From NCBI RefSeq assembly GCF_009914755.1, contig NC_060937.1: DNA of 64,000 nt; one strand, given 5' to 3'. The position numbers were made by a program, and so were the translations under genes. Position 1 is the stretch's first letter; each line of letters opens with the position of its first letter. The notes below the pieces were generated by a model, which was not told where the DNA came from, ran no database searches, and saw only the letters and a list, made by a program, of their open reading frames with translations. Shown here in pieces: positions 51,499 to 64,000 of the stretch. Source of the DNA: the human T2T-CHM13v2.0 reference genome, Homo sapiens.

Positions 51499-52157
51499 AA
51501 TAACAGGTGCTGGCGATGTTGTGGAGGAAAATAATGCTTGTACATTGTTGGAAGGAGTGTAAATTAGTTCAACCACTGTGGGACGCAGTGTGATGATTCC
51601 TCAGATAGCTAAAAAGAGAACTACCATTCGACCCTGCAATGCCATTACTGGATATACCCAAAGGAATATAGATTGTTGTATCATAAGGACACAGGCATGC
51701 ATATGTTCATTAAAGCACTATTAATAATAGCAAAGACATGGATTCAACCTAAACACTCATCAATGATAGGTTGGATTAAGAAAATCTGGTACATATATAC
51801 TATGAAATAATATGCAGCCATAAATATAAATGAGACCATGTCTTTTACAGGGAGATGGATGGAGCCGGAGGGTGTTATCCTTAGCAAACTAACGCAGGAA
51901 CAGAAAACCAAATACCAAATGTTCTCACTTATAAATAGGAGCTAAATGATGAGAACATACGGACACAGAGACCAGAACAACAGACTACCAGACAGTGGAG
52001 GGTAGGAAGAGGGAGAGAATCAGGAAAAATAACGAATGGGCACTAGGCTTAATACCTGGGTGATGAAATGATCTGTAAGACAGATCCCTGTGACATGAGT
52101 TTACCTGTATAACAAGCCTGCACATGTACCCCTAAATCTAAAATAAAAGTTAAAAAT
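51499..52157 (+). mobile_element. L1PA13-15-like 3' end
   Basis: aataacaggtgctggcg...atcaggaaaaataac.aatggg.actaggcttaatacctgggtgatgaaat...aaataaaagttaaaaa. Confidence 0.92.
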
Positions 52158-52486
52158 ATTAATATCCTGAATGTTCTCTCCAGCATGAAATCTCATGCAA
52201 GCATCTTCTATTAACCAAAATCTAATGGAAGTCCAAGGCTAAGGATGCCTGGCATTGTCCACACAGATGAGTCTACCAGAGCACAGAGCAGGGTGGAGAA
52301 TGGATGTGGTACAGCACATTAATGGTTTTCGAATAACAGTAAAGTAATTTCATTATACTATGTGGATGTAAGGCAAACCAGGATATCTTCCAAAGCAAGA
52401 ATAAAATACAGATGGAAATAGACACCAGAATGTTGAGTTTATATTTAGATAACATAATAGAACCCCTTTGTAAAAGAGGGTAAATT

Positions 52487-52830
52487 TGTGGTCATTTCAT
52501 GGAGGTGAACTGGACCTCCCACCCCCAACAAAATGTGGTTCTGATGTTGAGACTAATGGATACCATGTATATACCAAGAGTGTAAGAACAAATTTAGATT
52601 CACATGCAAAGGCTTTCTGGGGTGAACAGGCAGGCTGTCTTGCAGGTCTGCAAACGAGTTTCACTGGAGAGCAGGAGGGGTGGCTACTTTAGGATTTTAT
52701 GGTAGGTAATTGGTGGGGCTTGTATTAGTTAGAGTTCCCATGCATATAAGGGAACACTTGATCTTTCTTATCATCTCACTCAGATGTGTGACAGAGTGAA
52801 AGGGAAGGTGGTTTGGCTTAAAAGCTAACA
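52487..52830 (-). mobile_element. ERVL-type LTR remnant (MER76-like; uncertain)
   Basis: gatgttgagactaatg...ccaagagtgtaaga...aggctttctggggtgaacagg...ttttatggtagg. Confidence 0.45.
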
Positions 52831-53004
52831 GCAGTATAAAAAACAAAAATGGAATCAGACTGTTTATTCCAGTAAAGAACATGAAAAGATGCATAAAAAT
52901 ATATAAATGATCAAAATATAGGAGGAACAATCAGCCATTACAGTAATCAAGAACATGCAAATTGTTTTGAGAACATATATATGGGCAATTCCTTTTTCTT
53001 GGTT

Positions 53005-53182
53005 TATTTTGCACTGCTCATCAACTTTGTATTTGTTTAGTTTATTTAGTATATCTATATCGTTCCTTTATAATTTCCACGTAAACTCCTGTAGGAAATT
53101 TTCTATTATGCCTTCTACTGCATTACCAAAATCTGTAGAGTGCCTGACGCACAAGGAACTTCTAGGAAGTTGATGAATGAAA
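53005..53182 (+). mobile_element. L2 3' end
   Basis: gtaaactcctgtagg...agagtgcctgacgcacaagg...ttgatgaatgaa. Confidence 0.6.
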
Positions 53183-53233
53183 ACGTTATTATCTAGTTAC
53201 CTCTCAAACAATTATGTAATTGTCTGGATATAA

Positions 53234-53643
<410 letters not shown>

Positions 53644-54899
53644 TGGTCGGGTAACCTTTGATTTCACATTTATTCTACATGCTTTGATGTTGATTGACTT
53701 CTAATAAAATATTTACTCGTTACCTTTGTAATTTTCAAAAGTCTACTTTCTTTAATTTGAAGAGTCAACAAAGTAAATGTTCAGTATTGATAAAGAAATT
53801 GAGCATGAGATTTGCTAGTGGTTTCATTGCAGTTTACTTATATATAAGCAGTGCAGTAATAGGCTTCAATATGTAAAAAATGAATGCATAATTCTGTAAG
53901 CCAGACTTATATTGCTATCTGGGTATGTTTTTGTTTCTAAGCTTTTGCAATGTTTTGATCTTGTCAAGTAAGACCAATGTTTTCTAGGACAAGGAGAGAA
54001 ATATGTTCTACCTGGATATAAAAATGTGTCTCAGTCAAGCACTATCTTCCTTAATAGATTACAAAGATTTCTGAATTCAATAATAGAAGAGAAATACTAA
54101 GATAAAGAATTGAGATGTCATCATAATTGTTGTCCTTGAATAAAATGATAAATATCAGGTATATTTAAAGTGAAATAAATTTCAATGATAATTGAAATGA
54201 TCATTCATTTACATTAAACTGGTATCATCATCCAAATATATATGAACACAATAAAGAAAACTTCCCATGGGGATTTTTCCAACGGTCACTAAAATAAGAC
54301 CATTATTTTAGTGAAGGAGTTTGAGGAAATTTCCAAAAGCTGGATTTAATTCATAAGTCTTATTTAAATATTTATTTCATTAAATATTTTCAATTATGTA
54401 ATATGTGTCTAATTTAACATTAGGTTATATAATAAAAGTAGCACAAATAATATGAAATTCAATACTATATGCAGTTGCATGGTTGAATTATGAATTAGGA
54501 GAAAGGTTATATTAAATTAAAACATAATTAGCTTTTTGGCTTTTATACTAATTTGTACAGAGACTGGATATACAGACTCTGCATAATCAAGTATCCATAG
54601 GAAATATAGTACACTTTAAATTCTAAATGCTCATGTTAATATAGCAACCTTTTCAAAATATATTTTGTGTATGATATTATATTTCTATTTTACACCTAAT
54701 ACCTACACATAATATTAGGTAACTTCAAACTTTAAGTTCTATAAATGATTGCTGTATTCCACAATGTTGGGCCTAACTGATGAAGAGGATGACATATAGC
54801 AGACAGAAGTGGACTAAAACTCAGTGGTTTATTTTCTCTATTTCATTTGACATATATTTTACATGATTAACTTTGGTTGTGCATGTCTGTGCTTGGGTT

Positions 54900-55060
54900 T
54901 CTTTATATATAATATTATTATATTTTATATATTTATATATAATGTTATATTTTAATAACACTTTATTTTATAATTTAAAATATTTTATAATATTTTAATA
55001 TTTTATAGTATAAAATCTTATATTTAATAACATTATATTTTAATAATATTTTAAATGTGA
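54900..55060. repeat. AT-rich low-complexity tract
   Basis: Almost exclusively A/T with irregular tatattttaata units. Confidence 0.85.
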
Positions 55061-56267
55061 ATATGTAATTACATGCATATTAAAAATGTGAAGCTGGAGA
55101 GGAGGAAATATTTAAATAATGATCATTAATCTGTGTCCCAAACATTTCAATGGCTGTTTGACCTTTGGCCAATGGAAACATAAATGTTGCAATTGCTTTG
55201 ACAATATTTTTTCCTATAACCTTCTTCTAAATTGGGCATCTTGACAAATTGCCTATGAGTTTGGCATTTTCATGCAACATGGATTTAATATCATGTACTT
55301 TACCTAATGCACAACCTAATGAATAAAGAATAAATCTAGCTATGTTGACAATAGTGAAGAAAATGGATACACATATATACAAACAGACATGCTTACATAC
55401 ACGTCATGGTGATTTAAGGAATTTTCTTTTAAATTTGATAAAATGTACTGACTGCTTTAATCACACATTTAGCATCTAATTGCCATGCCTATATGAATTA
55501 CATTGATGATACTAAAGTAAAAAGAGATTAGATGTTATCAATTAAGACTTTGTGTATGAAATCACTCAGAAAATCTAGTGTGCAATCTCTGTCATGATGC
55601 TTGATCAGTAACATTAACTCTTTAATTAAAAACAAAAGCTATCTGTAATTATAGTTTAGTGCTTAATTTGAGGTAAAGAGAAAACAGGGCCTTCATAAGA
55701 AATAATAGTAAACTTCTATCACGTTTCAGTTACAGGTTCAGAGAGAAACATTAAATCAATGTAAGGTTTTAGTTTCTTATTTCCTAGCCAATATAATCCC
55801 AGGTTTAGAACTTATTTTAAAAATATTTATAAAGTACTTATGATACAAGTTTTCTATTGATTTAGCCTCTGATATGTTCTGTCTCATCAAAGGAAATGCA
55901 CAGTAAAAGTTCACATACTTCATTCTCTACATTTAAAGACCTGCACAAATCTCAGGCTTTGGAATATGGAGGAAAGAAACAGAAGTAGGCCCAAATGTTA
56001 GACCTAAATAAGTTTTTTTTCAGTGACTAAGCTTCTAAGTCCTATACTATTGAATATTTGTAAGATGGCACATCATTTAAAATAAAGCATTTCAAAGGGA
56101 GACTTTATTTATTTTTACCTTAATACATATATAACTTTTTATTTGCATTGCTACACTCTACTACTATATACAATAGAGGCAACAAAAGTAGAGCTAGGAT
56201 GGAATTTCTTTGTATTAATATACCTTAAAGTTTAAACTAGCTTTTATTGTTCAATTACTTATATTAG

Positions 56268-56555
56268 GGCCAGGTGCGGTGACTCATGCTTGTAATCCCA
56301 ACACCTGGGGAAGCCAAGGCTGGCCTATCACTTGAGGCCTAGTTCAACACCAGCCTGGCCACCATGATGAAATCCTATCTTTACTGAAAACACAAAAATT
56401 ATCTGGGCATGGTGGCGGGTGCCTGTTAATTCCAGCTACTCAGGAGGCTGAGGCAGGAGAATCACTTCAACCTGGGAGGTGGAGGCTACAGTGACCCAAG
56501 ATTGCCCCACTGCACTTGAGCCTGGGCGACAGAGCAAGATTGTTTAAAAAAAAAA
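56268..56555 (+). mobile_element. Alu (AluSx/Sz-like), first of a tandem pair
   Basis: Full dimer. Confidence 0.95.
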
Positions 56556-56559
56556 TTAT

Positions 56560-56882
<323 letters not shown>

Positions 56883-56922
56883 TTATGATAATATTAGCAA
56901 CAAAAAATAGTGATTTAAGTTA

Positions 56923-59298
56923 CAGGTATGCCTCATTTTATTGTGCTTTGCTGTATTCCATTTAGCACATAGTGTGATTTTTTTTTTTAAACAAATTGAA
57001 GGTTTGTGGCAACTCTATGTTGAGCATGCCTATCAGTGACATTTTCCCATTGCTCGCTTTGTGCATCTGTGTCACATTTTGGTAATTCTTGTAATATTTT
57101 AAACTTTTATTATTATATCTGTTATGGTGATCTGTGATCAGTGATTTTTGAGGTTACTATTGTAATTGTTTGAGAGTACCAGGAACCGTGCCCATATAAG
57201 AGGTTGAATTTCATCTGTGAATGTGTTTGTTCTGGCTGTTCCTCAGATGGGCTGTCCTCATCACTCTTTCCCTCCTTGGGTCTCCCTGATTTTCTGAGAA
57301 CAACTTTGTTGACATTAGGCCAATTATCAACCCTTCAATGGCCTCTTAAGTGTTCAAATGAAAGGAAGAGTCACATGTCTGTCACTGTAAATACAAATCT
57401 AGAAATGATTAAGCTTAATGAGGAAGGCATGTCAACAACTGATCTAGGCCAAAAGCTAGGCCTCTTGTGCCAGTTAGCCCAAAGGAAAAGTTATTGAAGG
57501 AAATTGAAAGTGTAATTTCTGTAAGCACACATATGATAAGAAGGCAAAACAGCCTTATTGCTGATATGGAGAAAGTTTTAGTTACCTATTTAGAAAATAA
57601 AACCAGCCACAATATTCCCTTAAGCCCAAATCTAATCCAATGCAAGACACTAACTCTCTTCAATTCTATAAATGCTGAGAGGGGTGAAGAAGCTGCAGAA
57701 GAATAGTCTGAAGTGAACAGAGGTTAGTTCATGAGTTTTTAAAAAATCAGTTGTCCCCAAAACATAAAAGTGCAAGATGAACCAACAAGTGGTGATGTAG
57801 AAGCTGCAACAAGTTATCCAGAAGATTTAGCTAAAATAATTCAAGGAGTTGTTTACACTAAACAACAAATTTTTATTGTACATGAAACAACCTTGTAGTG
57901 GAAGAAGATGCCATCTAAGACTTTCATAGCTAGATAGGAGGAGTTAATGCCTGACTTCAAAGCTTCAAAGGACAGGCTGGCTCTCTTGTTAGTGGCTAAT
58001 GCAGCTGGGGCCATTCAGCTGAAGCCAGTGTTAGCTCATTATGAAAATCATATGGTCTTTAAGAATTGTGCTAAATCTCCTCTTCCTGTGCTCTAAAAAT
58101 TGAGCAACAAAGCCTGGATGACAGCACATCTGTTTCAAGCATAGTTATTGAATATTTTAAGCCCACTGTTGAGACTTACTGCTCAGAAAAAAAGAATCCT
58201 TTCAAATTATTACTGTTCATTGAAAATACACCTCCTCACCCAAAAGCTCTGCTGGAGATGTACAAGATCAATGCTGTTTTTATGCCTGCTAACACAACAT
58301 CTACGCTCTAACCCATGCATCAAGCAGTAATTTTGACTTTCAGGTCTTATTATCTAAGAAATGCATTTTCTAAGGCTATACCTGCTCTAGACTAGATTAC
58401 TCTGATGGATTTTGACAAGGTAAATTGAGAACCTTCTGGAAAGAATTCCCCATTCTAGATGCAATTAAGAGTATTTATAATGTGTGGCAAGGTCAAAATA
58501 TCAACACTAACAGGAGTACAGAAGTTAACTCCAACTATCATGGATGATTTTGAAGGGTTCAAGAATTCAGTGGAAGAAGTAACTTCAGATGTGGTGATAA
58601 TAGCAAGAGAACTAGAATTAGAAGTGAAACTTGAAGATACGAATTACTGTAGTCTTATGGTAAAAATTTAAAGGATAAGGAGTTGTTTCTTATGGATGAA
58701 AAAGCAAGTGGTTTCTTCAGATGGAATCTACTCCTGCTGAAGATCCTGTGAACATTGTGGAAACGACAACAAAGGCTTTAGAATACTATATAAACTTAGT
58801 TGATAAATAGCAAGAGAATTTGAGAGAATTATCTCTAATTTTGAAAGAAGTTCTACTGGGGGTAAAATGCTACCAAACAGCATCACAGGCTACAGAGAAA
58901 ACTTTTATGAAAGAAAAAGTCCATCCATGAGGCAAACTTCATTGTTAACTTATTTTAAGAAATTGTCATAGCCACCTCAACCTTTAGCAACCACCGTTCT
59001 AATCAATCAGCAGCCATTAACAGAAAGGCAAGACCCTCCACCAGCAAAAAGATTATGACTTGTTGAAGGCTCACATGATCATTAGCATTTTTTAGAAATA
59101 AGGTATTTTTAAATTAAGGTGTGTACACTTTTAATGTAGATATAATTATGCTGCACACTCAATAAACTATAGTACAGTGTAAACTTAACTTTTATATGCA
59201 ATGGGATACCAAAAATATTGTAGGACTAGTTTTATTGTCCTATTTGCTTTATTGCAGTGGTCTGGAACTGAACCCACATTATCTCTGAGGTATGCCTG
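56923..59298 (+). mobile_element. Tigger1 DNA transposon, near full length (2376 bp)
   Basis: TA|caggtatgcctc...gaggtatgcctg|TA terminal inverted repeats with TA TSD; transposase remnants inside. Confidence 0.96.
57338..58690 (+). pseudogene. Decayed Tigger1 (pogo/CENP-B-like, TIGD1-related) transposase
   Basis: Peptides in different frames: ERKSHMS...LEMIKLNEEGMS...GQKLGLLCQ; KEKLLKEI...[17 protein letters not shown]...TSHNIPLS; MDDFEGFKNSVEEVT...ARELELEV; multiple stops and frameshifts. Confidence 0.9.
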
Positions 59299-59393
59299 TA
59301 TGAGCACTGATTTTTCAAAGTGATGAGCTCTATCAATTCTCCATAGTCAACCTATTTTTATAATGGATGTACTCATGTTAGTGGAGAGAGCAC

Positions 59394-59861
59394 TGTGGTG
59401 CATTCAATTGAGTTCCTCAGAAAGGTATGCTGAAGTCCTACTCACTAGTACCTGTTAAGGTGACCTTATTTAGAATAGTGCCTTTTGAGATATAACTAGA
59501 TGTAACTTAAATGGGGTCATACTTGAGTAGGGTATGTCTTTCATCCAGCATGACTGGTGTCCTCATAAGAGGAGAAGAGATACACAAACAGAAACACAGA
59601 AAAGGGAACCACATATGAAAACAAATACACAGATGGAAGATGGCCATATGACTATGGAAACAGATTGGAATTATGCAGCTGCAAACCAAGGAATGCCAAA
59701 GATTACTGACAACCTATAGAAGCTTGACGACAGTGCATAGTCTTACTCACAACTTGATTTCAGACTTCTAGCCTCTAGAAATGTGAGAAAGTAAATGTAT
59801 GAGTTTTATAAGCCAGCCAGTTTGTGGTAGTTTGTTGTGGCAATCCTAGGAAATGACTATA
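59394..59861 (+). mobile_element. MLT1C-like solo LTR
   Basis: gtgaccttattt...atgactggtgtcctcataaga...caaaccaaggaatgccaaag...agtttgtggtagtttgtt. Confidence 0.88.
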
Positions 59862-60110
59862 AGGCCCTGGTACCATCTGAATGAAAGTCAGTGTCTCAGG
59901 TCATCTATCCTGTTATCCTCAATATTAGCTCTACAAAGCAGTCTATCTGTATGCTGCAGTGAAACCAGGTGCAATAGAAAGGGAGAACAACGCACCAGTC
60001 TTCTGAAAATGCATGCTATTTGAAAAAGAGAGAGTCTTGTGACTGTTCCTGATGAAATACTTCTTGTTTCTAATCCCTTGAATACTAGATGTGTATAGAT
60101 TCAGATAAGT

Positions 60111-60596
60111 TGTCACCTAAACACCAGGAGTTCAGTCTAGGTCCTGTTGGTCTCCCCACAGAAAGCCAATCACTAAGACAATGGGTATTGACATGCTTTA
60201 TTCAAGTGCTGCAGCCAAGGAGAATGGGAGATCAGTCTCAAATGCATCTCCCCAACTGACTACAATTGGGGGTTGATTTAGCAGGGAAGGATTGTAACTT
60301 AAGTGTGGGAAAACAGGAATTAAGGAGGGTTAAAGAAGATAAGTTAGCCAACAGGAAGGAGGTGGTCAGTTAGGCAATCGTGATGGGTGAGGGGTCTGAC
60401 ATCTCATTGTCCAGATTCAAGGATCTGGTGAGTTTCAGTTCCCTGATACCATCTGGGAGGCTTGATGGTCAGTTTCCTGAGGAAGGAACTCAGATAAGAC
60501 AGATACAAGTTTCAAGCTTTAAGACCAGGAAGTCAATATCTACATTTATCAGAAAACAATAAACATTAGTTCTATGGGACAATTGGCTCTGTTTCA
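60111..60596 (-). mobile_element. ERV1 solo LTR (LTR36/LTR56-like; subfamily uncertain)
   Basis: Minus strand tgaaacagagccaattgtcccatagaact...tgaca; perfect 4-bp TSD AAGT (60107-60110 / 60597-60600). Confidence 0.85.
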
Positions 60597-61130
60597 AAGT
60601 CAGAGGGAAATATAACCATGTTTAGGTACTTAAGAATGGCTGAGTCAGCTTGCCCTGGAGAGCTCTTCTTTGGAGAAGAAAGTATGGTGACTACATGCAA
60701 GCTGTCTGCCTTACTCTTGATAGGGTTGCTTCCTATGGATATGTTCCTACATAGCATAAATAAGTTTATGATTAAATTGTCATACCTGTTTTCATAAGGA
60801 AGTACCTTATGTCGGTGTGTGTTTATCACCCAGTATTAGAGGCCTCAATGACCTAATTATATAGTAAATAATTACTATGGCCTATAAATCCAAGTAAAAT
60901 ATATTTCATTTAACTCATGGTTGTACACTCTACGGCTAAGAATTGCACACAAGTCCCATTCCAGTGCTTAGGGATAGTATGTGTTATATGTTAGCAGTAG
61001 TTTAGCATCATGATGTTATTACACAGCTTGACACAAATTTGTATTTATCCATGTTTTCTTTTCAATAGATGAGTCTTGTAAATAAAGGTGCAACTTGAGC
61101 CAAAAATTTAAGTTTTAATAAAACAGTAAG

Positions 61131-61502
61131 TGATACGCTTTGGCCGTGTCCCCACCCAAATCTCATCTTGAATTGTAACTCCCACAATTTTCACATATTA
61201 TGGAAAGAACCACGTAGGAGGTAACTGAATCATGGGGGTGGGTCTGTCTTGTGCTGTTCTCGTGATACTGAATATGTCTCAAAAGATCTGATGGTTTTAA
61301 AAATGAGAGTTTCCCTATACATGCTCTCTCTTTGCCTCCCACCATCCACGTAAGATGTGACTTGTTCCTTCTTGCTTTCTGCCATGATTGTGAGGCCTCC
61401 CCAGCCACATGGAACTGTGAGTCCAGTTAAACTTAAACCTCTTTCTTTTGTAAATTGCCCAGTCTCGGGTATGTCTTTATCAGCAGTGTAATAACTAATA
61501 CT
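61131..61502 (+). mobile_element. THE1C-like solo LTR, with a DUX4-type motif TAACTGAATCA at 61222-61232
   Basis: THE1 consensus throughout; perfect TSD GTAAG (61126-61130 / 61503-61507). Confidence 0.93.
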
Positions 61503-62327
61503 GTAAGTCTCTGGGTATAATGGGTGGAGAGACACATGGCCATAAAAATGGCTAAGTTGTTTTGGATAAGAATTATTTCGTAATTTGAAGTGTCATTTCT
61601 TTAGTGAAAATCTGAGGTATTGTTCAATCTTAAGCTTGTTTCAGAAAAGACTTGTTATAAGATAATAATGTAGTGTTGAAGGGACATGACGTTTGTTTTG
61701 TTTTTGTTTTATCAATAAGACAGTAAAATAATTTGTTTCCCTTTGAGCCCACAAATAGGCTACCCACTTATACCTAACAGTTGAAGAAATTTCAGTGTTC
61801 AGTCTCCTTAGCATTTTTTTACCAAACGTTCAACCAAGATGTGAAATTAGCTACAGATGTTTTTCTAATTCTGTGGAGTCTTGAGAAGGTAGCAGTTTTC
61901 ATGGCAAGGCTTGTTTTATTGTATTTTCACTGCTTTTGTGCTTTACTTGTATGAAGCACTCAATTTTGGTAGTTAGCTAATGACTTAGGATAGAGTTCAC
62001 AGTAAAATTCCCAGATGTAAGATTCCAGTTGAAAATTCTTGTTTGTGGTTGGTAACTGTAGATGAAAAGTTTGTTCTTAATAGGCTGTGTCTTTCAGCAT
62101 ACATAGAGCTTAACATAGGCTGGGAGAGGCTAAACCACTGATTTTGTCTTCATTCTAGTTCTTTTGGTAGTAATCAAAGTAATATGTAAATATGTATTTT
62201 CAATGTAAACCCTTAGCAAAATATCACCATTATAATAAAATATTTGCATGTTATCAACATTTTTCATTGAGCTAGGATTAGCTCGACACACAGGAGACTG
62301 AAAACACATAATATATGCTTTGCCAAG

Positions 62328-62375
62328 TGAAGGCAAACTGAAGAGGACTAATGAAGGCAACTGAAGAGAACTAAT
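62328..62375. repeat. About 23-bp tandem duplication
   Basis: tgaaggcaa(a)ctgaagag(g/a)actaa x2. Confidence 0.85.
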
Positions 62376-63229
62376 AAAGATGCATTAGCAAGATCGAAGG
62401 CTGCATACACTTCCAACTAGGCATGACTTATTTCAGTCCTGTTACGATGTTAGACATTTTTGAAACAATATCAACCTTTTTCATGTTTAAACCTCAGTTG
62501 CTGGCATCACTGTAATACTCTAAGCATACCTGGCTTCCACAGAGAAAACTGGGCTATTAAGTTAGAAGATAATATTGTACAGTACCCTGGTCTGTACAAA
62601 ATACTTATGAGTTGCTGAATAAAATTGTCTTTTTCTGATATACAATGTAGGTTCAATTTTCCAAACTTGGCAAGATTTAGGAATATAAGCTGTTTGGGGC
62701 CATATGTTTGGCTGACCTTTATAGAGTCCAAAAACAGAGGTGTCAATGAATGCATCCTAATCAGCATGTCCATGTGATGACTACCCAGAATATCTTCATA
62801 AAACACAAAGACTGACAGAAAAACAGTATATATAGTTCAGATACAAAATACAAAATCATAGCCTCATAAATTCTTTCCCTTTATTAATTTCAGAGATTCA
62901 TGACCTCAGACATTTCCCCAAATCTTATCTTCATCTTGGTTTATCTTGTTTCCGTAATTCTCTGCATTAATTCCAGGTAAAAGCCATGTATCAGCCCATT
63001 GGCTGGTCTGTCTTTGATCCACAAAAGCTTTAAAATCTATTCCAGCTATATGCATTAGCTCATCTACTTTGTTGATAATCTGAACTGTCCCCTATGTCTG
63101 CTAGCTGTGCATGCTGTTCTAAGTAAACCAGGTACCACCTTTCAGTCATAAAAATATAATGTATTCTTGTTATTATTTGTTTATTTGTTTTTCCATCCTT
63201 CAAAGAACTTGGGCAGCTCTTCTTAGGTT

Positions 63230-64000
63230 AACAGCAACCTTACTCTCTGAGCTTTTGCATGTAAGTTCATAAAAATTTATATTTGTAATATCTACCTGCT
63301 GAATTAAATGTTTCATTATTTTTAAGGACCTTTCTTCTAAGGCTTCATCTAATATTGAAATAGCTACATTCACTTATGTGCTTAAAGTTTTCCTGGGCTA
63401 TCTTTGATCCTTATTCCTTTTTTAGGTGTCCCTTTAAAATAGCTGGATTTTGCAAAGTTCTTTTTAATTGTATTGTTAGCCATTTATATCTGTCTTAATT
63501 ACTATTATTTGGACTTTCCAACCATTTTATTTTATGCTTTTTACTTAGCATTCACTTTCTGTTTCTTTGATTTTTTTTCTCTTTCTTATCCTTTCTTCAT
63601 TTGGGTTAGTTGATTTTTCTCTGAAATCTTTGTGTATGTGTGTGTGTGTGTATTTCTGTGTTAACTAATTGGATAATTATTGATATTACTTTATTGGTTA
63701 ACTCAAAAATGTCAACATAAGAACTTAAATTATTAAAATGTATAATGTTTTTCCTGGCGTTTGTTTAATACAATAGAAAATAAAGTATTACACTGAAAAA
63801 AGAAACGTTTAATTTAATCACTAATGAAATCTCAAACTTCAAAACCTCAGAGCACTTTTTTTCACTCACGCTTTCTCAACTTTGATATTGTTCTGTAGAT
63901 TATTTTTATTGTCTTATTTTAATCACAAACTAGTTTATAGTTATTATGCAGATACCCCATGTTTTTTTCATATAGTGAGACTGGTTTGAAACTAAAAAAA
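63230..64000 (-). mobile_element. Very old L1M fragment (ORF1/ORF2 boundary region)
   Basis: tctaatattgaaatagctac...ccatttatat...ccattttattttatgcttt T-rich antisense L1ME-like sequence. Confidence 0.5.

Larger units (their letters stand above)
51015..52320 (-). mobile_element. LTR33-like ERVL LTR in three pieces (~51015-51087, ~51460-51498, ~52160-52320)
   Basis: gcaggaaaca...agtttaataaagg.acta.ttacaaa and cagagcagggtggagaatggat motifs. Confidence 0.55.

Overview
This is AT-rich, CpG-depleted primate genomic DNA (human-like, judged from AluY/S/J, L1PA and THE1 elements). It looks intergenic or deep-intronic. I cannot support any protein-coding exon, tRNA, rRNA or CRISPR array. The ORFs in the track that I can assign come from Alu, L1, L2, MaLR or Tigger, and the rest look like chance ORFs. 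Roughly half the window is transposable-element fossils: 15 Alu dimers plus 2 monomers; L1PA, L1MA, L1MC/MD and L1ME pieces; L2, MIR, MER2, Tigger3a and MER5; a near full-length Tigger1; and many LTR elements. The LTR set includes three two-LTR MaLR proviruses (MSTB, MSTA, THE1C) and solo THE1, MST, MLT1, MLT2A, MER4 and LTR1-like LTRs. The most unusual structure is a THE1C provirus inserted antisense at the start of an MSTA internal region. This makes a ~4.2 kb inverted repeat, and both THE1C LTRs keep a perfect DUX4 motif. Other features worth checking are an old L1 whose 5' terminus is fused to its 3' end, two twin-priming-type L1 inversions, a templated-insertion scar with a 24-bp palindrome, and several repeat-free candidate regulatory blocks. 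Repeat subfamily names were assigned by eye from remembered consensus sequences and need RepeatMasker/Dfam confirmation. I found no evidence for a new protein-based system.
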